NCBI GenBank assembly: GCA_944391395.1
Contig: CALXTI010000002.1
Location: 1-64,000, forward strand
Reading direction: 5' to 3'
Origin: an uncultured Alphaproteobacteria bacterium
Lineage (GTDB): Bacteria; Pseudomonadota; Alphaproteobacteria; RF32; CAG-239
DNA: 64,000 bases
The position numbers and the translations under genes were made by a program. Under the pieces are notes generated by a model that was given only the letters and a program-made list of their open reading frames with translations, ran no database searches and was not told the origin of the DNA. Below are positions 49,823 through 59,629 of this stretch, piece after piece. How positions within the stretch are numbered: position 1 is the first letter of the stretch; every line of letters begins with the position of its first letter.

Positions 49823-50148
49823 ACTTTAAGTGTCGGTATGGGGAAGTAATTTTTGATGTCCGGCGCTACAATGTAAAATTGCGAAGTTTGTACCACCAAC
49901 GCTTGAAAAACGATAGTTTATGATTCAATATTTTGCAAGGTTGCCAACCTTTTTGTAAAGCACGGTCGCCGGTCATTATCATGTCAACGCTGCCGAGTTT
50001 GTTAAGGTTTAAGGAGGTGCGGTACGATAATATGCGAGAAGTTTTCCGGTTTAAAAAGTTCTTCCGTTCAAGCAAGCGGGAGATTTCCGCAGCGGTGATA
50101 TCTTAAAACACGGTGTTTTTAAAAGTTATTAAAAAAACGGATTTATAT

Positions 50149-50877
50149 TTAAATATCCGGGGCAAAAAATTCCAAAAATTTTTGTTTGGCAGTTTGGTTG
50201 ATTTCGTGGCGCATACCGGCAATGATTTCGGTTTGCGGATAAATACCGATGCTTTCAAGAGCGGATTTGGTCAAGTTGATGCTTGACGGCGGAATGGCGC
50301 TGTCGTTGTCGCCCTGAATCAGCAAAATTTGCGGCGCGGAAACAATCAGACCGGTGTCAAAATCTTCGGTAATGACAAACGGAACTCCGGAAAACGATAT
50401 GGCTTTATTTAAAGGGTGCGGCGTGGTCAGCGCGGTCAGAACCGCCATCAACCCGCCTTGGGAAAATCCGGCGATACTGATGTTTTCATAGGGCATTCCT
50501 AAATCATTATGAATATTGTCTATCACCTCTTGCAGCACAGGCACGTTGTCAAGTGCGCCGTCCAACATTTTTTGATATATTTTGACATCAACCATTTGCG
50601 GACCGTAAACCGGTAAATCAAACCATTGATGTCCGCGAAACGGGGTTTTATCCGGCGAAGTCGGATAAAAAAACGCGGTGTCGGGAAGTTTGTCCTTAAA
50701 CGAGGCAGCCATTGTCTGCATCCGGGCGCCGTCTTGTCCGAATCCGTGAATGAGAATTAACGCGCGTTGCGGATTTTCGGGAATGTCGGATATAACTTCG
50801 GCGGCTTTGCTGCTGCTCAAATTAAGGCCGATGAATAAAGCGGCGGCGATAAGTACGAGGGCGAAAAGTTTTTTCAT
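50149..50877 (-). CDS. Secreted phospholipase/carboxylesterase-family alpha/beta hydrolase
   Basis: Signal peptide MKKLFALVLIAAALFIGLNLSSSKAA and the GFSQGG nucleophile motif. Confidence 0.75.
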   Translation of the reverse strand: MKKLFALVLIAAALFIGLNLSSSKAAEVISDIPENPQRALILIHGFGQDGARMQTMAASFKDKLPDTAFFYPTSPDKTPFRGHQWFDLPVYGPQMVDVKIYQKMLDGALDNVPVLQEVIDNIHNDLGMPYENISIAGFSQGGLMAVLTALTTPHPLNKAISFSGVPFVITEDFDTGLIVSAPQILLIQGDNDSAIPPSSINLTKSALESIGIYPQTEIIAGMRHEINQTAKQKFLEFFAPDI

Positions 50878-51005
50878 AATCTTTCTCCATATTTGACCCA
50901 TATTTTGAATTATACGTTTTTTTTCTTAAAATCGGATTAAGACGATCTGCCACATTTATTAAGCTAATATCTGTTTTTTTAATTTTTAAGATGAAAGGAA
51001 AACAG

Positions 51006-51605
51006 ATGATATACGGCTACATCCGCGTCAGTTCGGATAAACAGACGGTTGAAAATCAGCGTTTTGAAATCAATGAATTTATCAAAAAGAATGATTTACG
51101 GGTCGACCGTTGGGTACACGAAGTGATAAGCGGAGTTAAAAATTTTGAAGAGAGAAAATTAGGAAAGTTGCTTAAGGGGTTGAAAAAAGGCGATGTTCTC
51201 TTGTGTTCGGAGCTTTCGCGGTTGGGTCGCAATCTTTTACAAATCATGACAATCTTAAACATATGCATGCAAAAGGAAGTGCAAGTATGGACGATTAAAG
51301 ACAATTATCGTCTGGGTGCTGATATTCAGAGCAAGGTTTTGGCGTTTGCTTTCGGGCTTTCGGCGGAAATCGAGCGCAACCTTATTTCGCAGCGCACCAA
51401 AGAAGCACTGGCGCGTCTAAAAGCCGAAGGCAAAAAACTGGGTCGAAAACAGGGAACGCGCATTGCCAACAAAAAAATCAGCGGCAAAGAAGAATGGATT
51501 TTGCGGATGCTGGAGCAAAAAACACCGAAGGTGAAAATCGCGCAAGCGCTCGGAATATCCAGAATCACGCTCTATTGTTTTTTAAAAAGGTTTGAACGGG
51601 CGTGA
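51006..51605 (+). mobile_element. Small serine recombinase (resolvase/invertase family) with a C-terminal helix-turn-helix
   Basis: MIYGYIRVSSDKQ catalytic-serine N-terminus, about 200 aa. AAGGAAA ribosome-binding site. Confidence 0.85.
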
Positions 51606-51714
51606 GGGCGGATTTTGCAATCATGCTTTATATCTGGGGACAATGATTTAAAGTCGTTGTCCTCTTGATTTGAACTTGATAAAGTTTTTAAAAAATATAT
51701 GGCATTGGAGTTTG

Positions 51715-52614
51715 ATGATGTTGCAAAAAATCGCTTATGGCTGGGTATGGATTAAAAAATGTTTCTTTAGACTTGTTGTTGCCCTGTTGTTTCAAGATAA
51801 GAAAATCCGTAAACAAAAACTTAAAGCTTGGACGACGGCGGCCGAAAAGAAATATCTCAGACGTTATCTGTATGTTTTACAAGATGAGGGCGAACTTCCG
51901 CCGGCAAGATGCGATGATAAACGGATATGGGTATGTTGGCTGCAAGGCGAAGACAAGGCGCCGGAAGTCGTTAAAAAATGTCTGGAAAGCATCTGCCGCC
52001 ATTGCCCGGATTATACGATGACGGTTGTTTGCAACGATAATATCGCACAGTATGTTGATATGCCGGATTATATTTATGAAAAACATCGCAAGGGATATAT
52101 TACAAACACGCAATTTTCAGATTTGCTCCGACTGGCGCTCTTGAGCCAAAACGGCGGCATCTGGATTGATGCGACGGTTTTCCTTACGCAGGAACTTCCT
52201 GAAAAAATTTCCGGGGCGGACTTTTTTGCTTTTCATGCCCGAGCATATCTGCACGCCAACAGTTGGCTTTTGAAAGCGCAAAGAGGCAATGTGTTGATGC
52301 GCAACATGCGAAAGCTGATGTTTGAATACTGGCGGTGCGAAAATCATATGCTGAATTACTTTCTGTACCATTTGTTTTTTGATTTGATGACGGAAAATGA
52401 TGCCGAAAGCAAGGTTTTGTGGAACAATGTTCCGGTTATGTATGACGATGTTTGTTACGGGCTGGAACACAATTTTTTCACGCCGTTTGACGAGGCGTTG
52501 TGGCAAAAACTGCAGGCAGAAACCACAATTCATAAACTGACTTACAAGTATGATAAAAAACGCGATATCGCCGGGACTTTTCTGGAACGTTTTTTAAATG
52601 GTGATTTGTCCTAA
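51715..52614 (+). CDS. GT32-like glycosyltransferase (capsular-polysaccharide-synthesis / OCH1-like DXD family)
   Basis: SDLLRLALLSQNGGIWIDATVF matches the Gly_transf_sug motif. Confidence 0.6.
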   Translation: MMLQKIAYGWVWIKKCFFRLVVALLFQDKKIRKQKLKAWTTAAEKKYLRRYLYVLQDEGELPPARCDDKRIWVCWLQGEDKAPEVVKKCLESICRHCPDYTMTVVCNDNIAQYVDMPDYIYEKHRKGYITNTQFSDLLRLALLSQNGGIWIDATVFLTQELPEKISGADFFAFHARAYLHANSWLLKAQRGNVLMRNMRKLMFEYWRCENHMLNYFLYHLFFDLMTENDAESKVLWNNVPVMYDDVCYGLEHNFFTPFDEALWQKLQAETTIHKLTYKYDKKRDIAGTFLERFLNGDLS

Positions 52615-52637
52615 GTTTAGAAAATGGAGTGTTCGAA

Positions 52638-53690
52638 ATGAAAATCGTTAATGTTATGACAAGTCGGACTTTGGGCGGTATTGAACAAGCTTTTTTAGAT
52701 TATAACGCCGCGCTCGGTTTAAAAGGGCATGAGGTTTTGGCGGTGGTTTCCCGAAAGACAAAGCTTAAAGACGAACTGAGAAAACAATCCGGAGTGCGGG
52801 CTGTGTTTCTGCCGTTTAGCCGATATAATTATTTTTTGGTGCCGGTGCTTTATTTCAAGCTTAAAAAATTTGCGCCGGATTTGATTATATGCCACTCTAA
52901 AAGAGCGCTGCCGATTTTTGGACTGGTGGCAAAAATGTTAAAAATTAAAATCGCGGCGGTGGCGCATAATTCAAGATTTAAGCTTATCAACAAAGCCGAT
53001 GCGATTTTTTCAATCACTCAGTATCAGAAAAATTTGTTTGCTGACAAAGGCTATCCGGCGGAAAATATTTATGTTATTCCCAATATGATGGTGGAAAAAC
53101 GCGCGTTCAAACCTTTTCAAGGATTGCAAAATCCTCCGGTCATCGGCGCAATCGGTCGTTTTGATCCGATGAAAGGTTTTCCGGATTTTATCCGGGCGTT
53201 GGCGCTTTTGAAAGAACGAAACATTGCGTTTAGGGCAATTCTTGCCGGCAGCCGGCAGGAGCAGTATCCGCAGGAAGACGAATTAATCCGCCGCCTGATT
53301 CAGGAAAACGGTTTGGAAGACGTGGTGGCGCTTCCGGGGTGGATCAGCAATAAAGATGATTTTTATGCCAAAATCGACGTGTTTGTATTGCCGTCCGTTT
53401 ATGAGCCTTTCGGCATCGTTTTGTTGGAAGCGATGCTGCGTTCGCTGCCGGTGGTTTCGTCCACGGCGGAAGGTCCAAGCGAGATATTTGCCCGTCATCC
53501 GCAAGCGGCTTATTTGTATTCCAAAGGGGATTATGAAGCATTGGCGGCACGTCTGGAAGAAGTGTTGCACAATCCGGAACAGGCGGCAAAAACGGCGCGG
53601 AAAGGCTATGAACTTTGCCTGAATACATATTCGCTTGCGGCGGTCGCCGAAACGCTTGATAAGAGTATTCGGCACGTTGTTGGAAAATAA
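52638..53690 (+). CDS. GT4-family glycosyltransferase
   Basis: YEPFGIVLLEAMLRSLPVV GT4 C-terminal motif. Confidence 0.8.
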   Translation: MKIVNVMTSRTLGGIEQAFLDYNAALGLKGHEVLAVVSRKTKLKDELRKQSGVRAVFLPFSRYNYFLVPVLYFKLKKFAPDLIICHSKRALPIFGLVAKMLKIKIAAVAHNSRFKLINKADAIFSITQYQKNLFADKGYPAENIYVIPNMMVEKRAFKPFQGLQNPPVIGAIGRFDPMKGFPDFIRALALLKERNIAFRAILAGSRQEQYPQEDELIRRLIQENGLEDVVALPGWISNKDDFYAKIDVFVLPSVYEPFGIVLLEAMLRSLPVVSSTAEGPSEIFARHPQAAYLYSKGDYEALAARLEEVLHNPEQAAKTARKGYELCLNTYSLAAVAETLDKSIRHVVGK

Positions 53691-53705
53691 CCCGGGAGAA
53701 GATTT

Positions 53706-54719
53706 GTGCAAAAGCAGAATCCTTTAATTTCAGTTATTATTCCGGTATATAATGCCGGAAACTTTCTTGAATACACGCTTGAGGCTATCAAAAATCAGAC
53801 ATTCAAAAATTTTGAGGTTATCTGTGTCAATGACGGGTCAACAGATAATTCTCAGGAAATTTTGGAAAAATATGCGGCAAAAGATAAAAATTTCAGAATT
53901 TTTTATCAAAACAACCAAGGCGGAAGCGCCAGCCGTAATTTTGCTTTGGACAAGGTAAAAGGGCAATACATCGCTTTCTGTGACCATGACGACATCTATC
54001 ATCCGCAATATCTGGAAGTTTTATACCGGCATATGTGTGATACGGGGGCTGATATCAGTTGTTGCAGCTACCTTAAATTTGCCCTCCGGGGGGGGTACAA
54101 CTTTAAGGAGCGGTATACGGCGCCTTTTCCGGTTCGTTTCATGAGCGAATCTCCTTTTGAGGATAAATTTTGTCATAAAAAGAAAATCGGCACCTTGATG
54201 TGGCAGAAGCTTTATGCGGCTCCGTTGCTTGAAGGCATCCGCTTTTCTCTTAAACTTCCCGCCATTAACGATATTTTGTTTAATATTGAGGTTTTGCTTA
54301 ACAGCCGGAAAGCCGTGGTTTGTACGCAGGAGCTTATTGCCTATCGTCAGGGCGAAACTTCTCAGACATTGCAAAAGCTTTCGGAAAAACGTATTCAGGA
54401 GTACAGGGATTTGTTTTCGGAAATTGTTAATTTGGGCGAAAAATACCCCGGACGGCAAAAAGTTTTGGATAAAATTGCCACCCGTTATGCCTATGGCATG
54501 TTCGTCGACGAGGTGTTGCATCGTTACAACCCGCTTACGGAAACAGAGTTGTATGACACTCTTCGTCGATATCTGCAAGAAGTTCTTTCCGAACGGCATT
54601 TCAGATTTTTTAGCTTGGGAATCAAAAGAATGTTTTGGCTTTGGGCTTTTTGCCGAAAGAAAAATTCATTATTGCATCGAGGTTATTCTCATTTTAACAA
54701 AAAGGAGAGATGTCAATGA
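53706..54719 (+). CDS. GT2-family glycosyltransferase (GTG start)
   Basis: ISVIIPVYNAGNFLEYTLEAIKNQTF...VICVNDGSTDNS...CDHDD motifs. Confidence 0.8.
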   Translation: MQKQNPLISVIIPVYNAGNFLEYTLEAIKNQTFKNFEVICVNDGSTDNSQEILEKYAAKDKNFRIFYQNNQGGSASRNFALDKVKGQYIAFCDHDDIYHPQYLEVLYRHMCDTGADISCCSYLKFALRGGYNFKERYTAPFPVRFMSESPFEDKFCHKKKIGTLMWQKLYAAPLLEGIRFSLKLPAINDILFNIEVLLNSRKAVVCTQELIAYRQGETSQTLQKLSEKRIQEYRDLFSEIVNLGEKYPGRQKVLDKIATRYAYGMFVDEVLHRYNPLTETELYDTLRRYLQEVLSERHFRFFSLGIKRMFWLWAFCRKKNSLLHRGYSHFNKKERCQ

Positions 54720-55864
54720 GAAAAAATTTAATCAAATTGCTGACTTCTTTTATTGTCTATCGGCCGTGGCGCAAAAAAGCCAGAATGTTTTTGATGACGT
54801 TTCGTTGCAGAATGATTTTTGATTATGGTCTCTTGTCTTTCGGTGCCGTTGCAAAGAAGTCGGTTTTGCTGATTGAACCGAATATTTGTCATGGCGAAGT
54901 GCTGCCGGGGATGGCAAAATATTTTATGGATTTGGGTTATAAAGTCAGCGTTGTGTTGTCTGCCGAAAATTTTGCACAAAAGCCTTTTTGCCGTATGCCG
55001 GAAATTAAGGTATTTTGCCTGAATGAATTTTTGTTGAAAAGATTTTTGCAAAAACATGCCGATAAGGCAAAAACTTATGATAAATTGGTTTTGACGACTT
55101 CTGCGTTTTACAATTATCCGTCCGGTCATAAGAATTTTTGCGCACTGGACGCTTTTCTGTTGCGTAAGTTTGATAATCTGTACGTTGTTGAACATGAGCT
55201 TGCTCTGTGCAAAGATTTTAACGAAGAAGAATATTTGCGGCGGAACAGACTTATCGTATTGGGGAATTTTGACAAAGGCGTGATGGTTAATCCGCATTAT
55301 TTCGGCAAGCTTTCCCTGAAACCGAAAAATCGGAAGACAAATTTTATTGTGGTCGGGGGTTTATCGGCTCGGCGGAAAAATCATGAACAACTGTTTGAGG
55401 CGGTGGCGGCATTGATTAAAAAAGGCGCAACCGATTTTAAGGTGACGGTTGTCGGCCGCGGAGCGTTGCCGAAACTTCCGAAAGAAATTAAAAAATATAT
55501 TGATTTTAAAGGAATGCTTCATTTTCCGCGTATGTATCGGGAAATGGAAAAAGCGGATTTCTTTTTGCCGCTGTTGGACGGAACAAATCCCGACCACGAG
55601 CGGTATATTACAACCGCCGTGACCGGTTCGGCGCAGTTAATATACGGCTTTTTGACGCCGCCGCTTATTGAGCGGAAATTTGCCTCATTTTACGGATTTG
55701 ATGATAAAAATGCATGCGTTTATGACGCGGGCGATTTAGCTTTTGCCATGCAGACAGCAATGATGATGACGCCGGAAGAATACGAAATCATGAGAATTGC
55801 CTTAAAAAAACTCGCTGATGATGTTTATCGGCAATCCTTGAAAAATTTGAAGAGAATTTTATAA
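54716..55864 (+). CDS. Putative glycosyltransferase with a GT4-like C-terminal half. Annotated as hypothetical.
   Basis: IVVGGLSARRKNHEQLFEAVAAL resembles a GT4 C-domain beta-alpha unit. No EX7E motif was confirmed. Confidence 0.4.
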   Translation: MRKNLIKLLTSFIVYRPWRKKARMFLMTFRCRMIFDYGLLSFGAVAKKSVLLIEPNICHGEVLPGMAKYFMDLGYKVSVVLSAENFAQKPFCRMPEIKVFCLNEFLLKRFLQKHADKAKTYDKLVLTTSAFYNYPSGHKNFCALDAFLLRKFDNLYVVEHELALCKDFNEEEYLRRNRLIVLGNFDKGVMVNPHYFGKLSLKPKNRKTNFIVVGGLSARRKNHEQLFEAVAALIKKGATDFKVTVVGRGALPKLPKEIKKYIDFKGMLHFPRMYREMEKADFFLPLLDGTNPDHERYITTAVTGSAQLIYGFLTPPLIERKFASFYGFDDKNACVYDAGDLAFAMQTAMMMTPEEYEIMRIALKKLADDVYRQSLKNLKRIL

Positions 55865-55902
55865 GCTGCGATTTGTGTCGGAATATTTTATAAAGGACTA
55901 TC

Positions 55903-58155
55903 TTGATGTTTGAACTATCTTCTGAACATTGTACGGGGTGCGGCGCGTGCATGAATATTTGTCCGCAAAACGCTATTCAAATGCAAGCAAACAAAGAAGG
56001 GTTTTATTATCCGGTTATCGGCAAAGATTGTGTCGGCTGCGGTTTATGCCAGCGGGTGTGTCCGGTGTGTGCATCGTCGTCCGAGAGTTGTGCGGCGGTG
56101 CCGGCTTGTTATGCCGCGCAGGCCAAGGATGAAAATTTGCGCGCCGAAAGTTCTTCCGGCGGCGTATTCAGTTTGTTGGCGCAATATGTGTTTGAACGCG
56201 GCGGTTATGTCTGCGGTGTCAAGATGACGGCACCGGACGAAGCTTCACATGTTTTGCTTAAAGATGAAAAAGAGTTAAAAGCATTGCGCGGTTCAAAATA
56301 TGTGCAGAGCAAAACCGGATTGGTCTTTCGTGAAATTAAAAAACTTTTGGACGCGGGAACGGCAGTGCTGTTCAGCGGCACGCCGTGTCAGGTGGCCGGT
56401 TTAAAAAGTTTTCTGCAAAAAAGTTATGACAATTTGTTGACGGTTGATTTGGTCTGCCATGGTGCGCCCAGTCCGTTGGCGTTGAAAAAGTATGTTGAGG
56501 AACATGGCTGTCGGGGGATTATTAATTTCAGAGATAAAAGCCAAAGCTGGAAACATCAGAACATCAGTTATGGCTCAACACGTTTTTTGTATGACGAAGA
56601 TGATTATATGCGGGCGTTTTTATCCGATTTGAGCACGCGCAAAAGCTGCTCGTCGTGTCCGTTTGCCCGCTTGCCGAGGGAAGGGGATTTTACGCTCGGT
56701 GATTTTTGGGGAATCGGAAAGTACAATAAAAATCTGGATGACGACAAAGGCACGTCTTTGGTTTTGCTCAATACGCCGAAAGCGGAAAAGATATTTAAAA
56801 CTCTGCCGTTGAAATTGAAAAAGTCGGTGCCGTTTAAAATCGCCGTTAAAGGAAACGCGACGTTGCAAAAGTCGTATCCGGCACATATCAACCGCGAAGT
56901 GTTTTTTGAAGTTTTGCAAAATGACTCGTTTAAACAGGCGTTGTCGGCCGGGTTTGACGTGTCCAAAAACGTGGCGGTGTTGAACTTTTGGTCAACATTA
57001 AATTATGGTGCGATTTTGACGGCGTATGCGCTGCAAGAGGTTATTAAGCGAAACGGATTCAGGCCTTATCATGTTTATTATGTAAAATCTTGGGCGAGGG
57101 AAAAGTATTCGGAAAGTTTCAGCCGGCGTTTTGCCGAAAAATATTTGCAGATGACCCCCTATGTTGAGACGGTTCGTGATTTCAAAAAACTTAATGACGG
57201 TTTTGCCAGTTTTATTGTCGGCAGCGATCAGGTTTTCAATTTGGAATATATGGCCAAAGATATGGAAAAATATCTGCTGGGTTTTGTCCGACCGGAGAAA
57301 AGAAAAATCGCATTGGCGGCAAGTTTCGGCGATATCAAGCCCGACTTGATGAAAATAAATCAGAAATTGATGCAAATTTGTTTTGACCGTTTTCAGGCTT
57401 TGTCGGTACGCGAAAAACAAGGTGAAAGCGTTTTTAAGCAATGGTTCGGTTTGAAAGCAATGGCGGTGTTTGACCCGGTGTTCGCTTTGGATAAAAAAAC
57501 ATGGCAAAAACCGGCGGCAGATTCTAAAAAAGATTTTCCCAAACGTTTTATCGCAGCATATGTGTTGGATGACAATCCGGAATTTGAGGCGTTGTTGCAA
57601 AAACAAGCGCAAAGCCATCGGGCGGAAATCGTGCGGATTGACGAAAGTTTTGAAGTGGAAGATTGGTTAAAGGCTTTTGATAAAGCCTGCTTTGTGGTAA
57701 CGGATTCTTTCCACGGGGTTTGTTTTTCACTGATTTTTGAAAAGCATTTTATTTGTATCGGTAACAAGAGCAGGGGATTGGAGCGCTTTTGCTCGTTGTT
57801 TGCCGCTTTGGGGCTTGATAAAAAATTGATTGCTTTAAGCGATTATGCGCAAGCCAAAACGATTGCGCCGAATTATCGGCGCATAAAAAGCAAAATCAGC
57901 GAACAAGCGCTTAAGACGGAAAGTTTTTTGCTTAAGGCTTTGCAGACATCGGTTGAACCGGCAAAGCCGGGTGAAACGTCTGCAATGAGAAAGCTCTTGA
58001 AGAAAGAAGAAATCAAAAATAAATTATGTTACATCTTTCGGCGCTTATGTTCAAAAATATGTTTCGGTCAAAAACGAAAATATCATAAGAGTATGGCTGG
58101 AGCATTTAAGGCAGCCGGAAAAAATTGCCGAAAGTTGCGGAAATTTTTAAAGTAG
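55903..58155 (+). CDS. Fusion of an FrhB-like N-terminal domain (two 4Fe-4S ferredoxin motifs) with a polysaccharide pyruvyl transferase (CsaB/WcaK-like) domain
   Basis: CTGCGACMNICP and CVGCGLCQRVCP cluster motifs. The C-terminal region has a pyruvyl-transferase-like architecture. Confidence 0.65.
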   Translation: MMFELSSEHCTGCGACMNICPQNAIQMQANKEGFYYPVIGKDCVGCGLCQRVCPVCASSSESCAAVPACYAAQAKDENLRAESSSGGVFSLLAQYVFERGGYVCGVKMTAPDEASHVLLKDEKELKALRGSKYVQSKTGLVFREIKKLLDAGTAVLFSGTPCQVAGLKSFLQKSYDNLLTVDLVCHGAPSPLALKKYVEEHGCRGIINFRDKSQSWKHQNISYGSTRFLYDEDDYMRAFLSDLSTRKSCSSCPFARLPREGDFTLGDFWGIGKYNKNLDDDKGTSLVLLNTPKAEKIFKTLPLKLKKSVPFKIAVKGNATLQKSYPAHINREVFFEVLQNDSFKQALSAGFDVSKNVAVLNFWSTLNYGAILTAYALQEVIKRNGFRPYHVYYVKSWAREKYSESFSRRFAEKYLQMTPYVETVRDFKKLNDGFASFIVGSDQVFNLEYMAKDMEKYLLGFVRPEKRKIALAASFGDIKPDLMKINQKLMQICFDRFQALSVREKQGESVFKQWFGLKAMAVFDPVFALDKKTWQKPAADSKKDFPKRFIAAYVLDDNPEFEALLQKQAQSHRAEIVRIDESFEVEDWLKAFDKACFVVTDSFHGVCFSLIFEKHFICIGNKSRGLERFCSLFAALGLDKKLIALSDYAQAKTIAPNYRRIKSKISEQALKTESFLLKALQTSVEPAKPGETSAMRKLLKKEEIKNKLCYIFRRLCSKICFGQKRKYHKSMAGAFKAAGKNCRKLRKFLK

Positions 58156-58173
58156 AAATGAGAGGAGACAGAG

Positions 58174-58797
58174 ATGTTTAAATATTTATTGTACATAGTT
58201 GTTATTGTTGCGGTTGTCGGGTTGTTTTCCGGCGGGTTTCATTTGTATCGGGTGGCACAAAAAAACAAAAAAGAAATGGCGCCTTATCAAGGAGCGCCGA
58301 TTGCGCTTAAAGGCGATTTCGGGAAAGTTCTGGTGGTGTATTATTCATTGACCGGCAACACCAAAGATATTGCCGAACGCATCGCTTCCAAAACGCAGGC
58401 GGATTTGTATGAGATTAAAACCGCTGACAAAATAGATACAACCCCTTGGTTTTATCTTAAGGTGCGTTCCCAGCTCAAAAACGGAAAGTATCCGGCATTA
58501 ATCGGAGATATGCCTGATTTTTTGAAATATGACTGGGTTTTTGTAGGATTTCCGGTCTGGTGGTATACGGCGGCAACTCCGGGGCTGGCTTTTTTACAAG
58601 AAGCCGATTTCCAAGGCAAAAAGGTGGTGCCGTTTTCAACCCAGGGCAGCAATGCGGGAACGTTTTTGAAAGATTTTACCGCGCAGGCGAAAAACGCCGA
58701 TATTCAACCGGCAGAATCGTTTAATAATCTGCCGGATAAATATGATGCGGCGGTGGATAACAAAATTGCCGTGTGGTTGAACAATCTACTTGAGTAA
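58174..58797 (+). CDS. Flavodoxin-like protein with an N-terminal transmembrane anchor
   Basis: VLVVYYSLTGNTKDIAERIA FMN-binding N-terminus. GAGAGGAG ribosome-binding site. Confidence 0.7.
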   Translation: MFKYLLYIVVIVAVVGLFSGGFHLYRVAQKNKKEMAPYQGAPIALKGDFGKVLVVYYSLTGNTKDIAERIASKTQADLYEIKTADKIDTTPWFYLKVRSQLKNGKYPALIGDMPDFLKYDWVFVGFPVWWYTAATPGLAFLQEADFQGKKVVPFSTQGSNAGTFLKDFTAQAKNADIQPAESFNNLPDKYDAAVDNKIAVWLNNLLE

Positions 58798-58800
58798 TAA

Positions 58801-58832
58801 AAAAAAACCGGAAACATCTTCCGGTTTTTTTA
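58801..58832. terminator. Bidirectional terminator between the convergent flavodoxin genes (aaaaccggaa-acatc-ttccggtttt)
   Basis: Seen directly. Confidence 0.65.
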
Positions 58833-58849
58833 TAATTGCCGCGGCGGGG

Positions 58850-59440
58850 TTATCGGGCATAACCCAAATCTTCCAACCAGCTGCCGATGCCCATGGTGCG
58901 GCTGCCGTAGCCTGTCCATGGATTGTCGGAAACTTTGCAGCCGTTGCATTGAGCGGTTAAGTCTTTGACCGTGTTCTGGACGCCTCCTCCGCCGTGGGTG
59001 ATGAACGGTACAACGGTTTTGCCAGACAAGTCGTTTTCTGCCAAAAACGAACTGACAGCCGGCGCGATGGTTCCCCACCAATTCGGCGAGCCGATGAAAA
59101 CCACGTCATATTGAGCGATGTTGTCAACCTTGCTTTTCAGCTCGGGCTTGAAACCTTCGTTGATTTCTTGTTTGGCTTGAGTGGTGGTGGCGTGGTATTC
59201 TTCCGGATAAGGCTGTACGGTTTCAATCCGGAAAATGTCGCCGCCAACTTCTTCATGGATTTTTTCGGCCACTTCTTTGGTGTTGCCCGACCATGAATAA
59301 TAAGCGATTAAAATTTTGGGCGCGTTTTGGGTCATTGTTAAATCCTCCGTTGCTGTTGCGGTGTTTGCGTTGCCGGTTTCGGTGGCTTGGGCGGCGGCGG
59401 AAGCCAGCAGGGCGCAAAACAGAGCCATAATTTTTTTCAT
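58850..59440 (-). CDS. Secreted flavodoxin-like protein
   Basis: Signal peptide followed by ILIAYYSWSGNTKEVAEKI. AAAGGAGAAAAAT ribosome-binding site. Confidence 0.7.
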   Translation of the reverse strand: MKKIMALFCALLASAAAQATETGNANTATATEDLTMTQNAPKILIAYYSWSGNTKEVAEKIHEEVGGDIFRIETVQPYPEEYHATTTQAKQEINEGFKPELKSKVDNIAQYDVVFIGSPNWWGTIAPAVSSFLAENDLSGKTVVPFITHGGGGVQNTVKDLTAQCNGCKVSDNPWTGYGSRTMGIGSWLEDLGYAR

Positions 59441-59493
59441 ATTTTTCTCCTTTATATCAGTTTATATTGCGTTTTTTATTATTATTTTGTTTT

Positions 59494-59524
59494 ACTCTAA
59501 TCTTTAGAGTTGACTTTAAGTCAA
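59494..59524 (-). promoter_or_regulatory. Candidate MerR-type promoter for the minus-strand flavodoxin gene. It is TTGACT, then a 19-bp spacer, then TAGAGT, overlain by the palindromes TTGACTTTAAGTCAA and ACTCTAATCTTTAGAGT.
   Basis: Palindromes and the 19-nt spacing are seen directly. A divergent merR gene follows. Confidence 0.4.
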
Positions 59525-59600
59525 GAGTTTTTTCATACTCTGTATATAAATCTTGAATCGGATAAAAAAAGATTGGAGTTGGCTTTAAGTTAAACAGGCG

Positions 59601-59629
59601 TTGACAATAAGGGCGAATCGCGTTATATC
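59601..59629 (+). promoter_or_regulatory. Sigma70-like promoter for merR (TTGACA, 17-nt spacer, TATATC)
   Basis: Seen directly, about 20 nt upstream of the merR ribosome-binding site. Confidence 0.45.
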
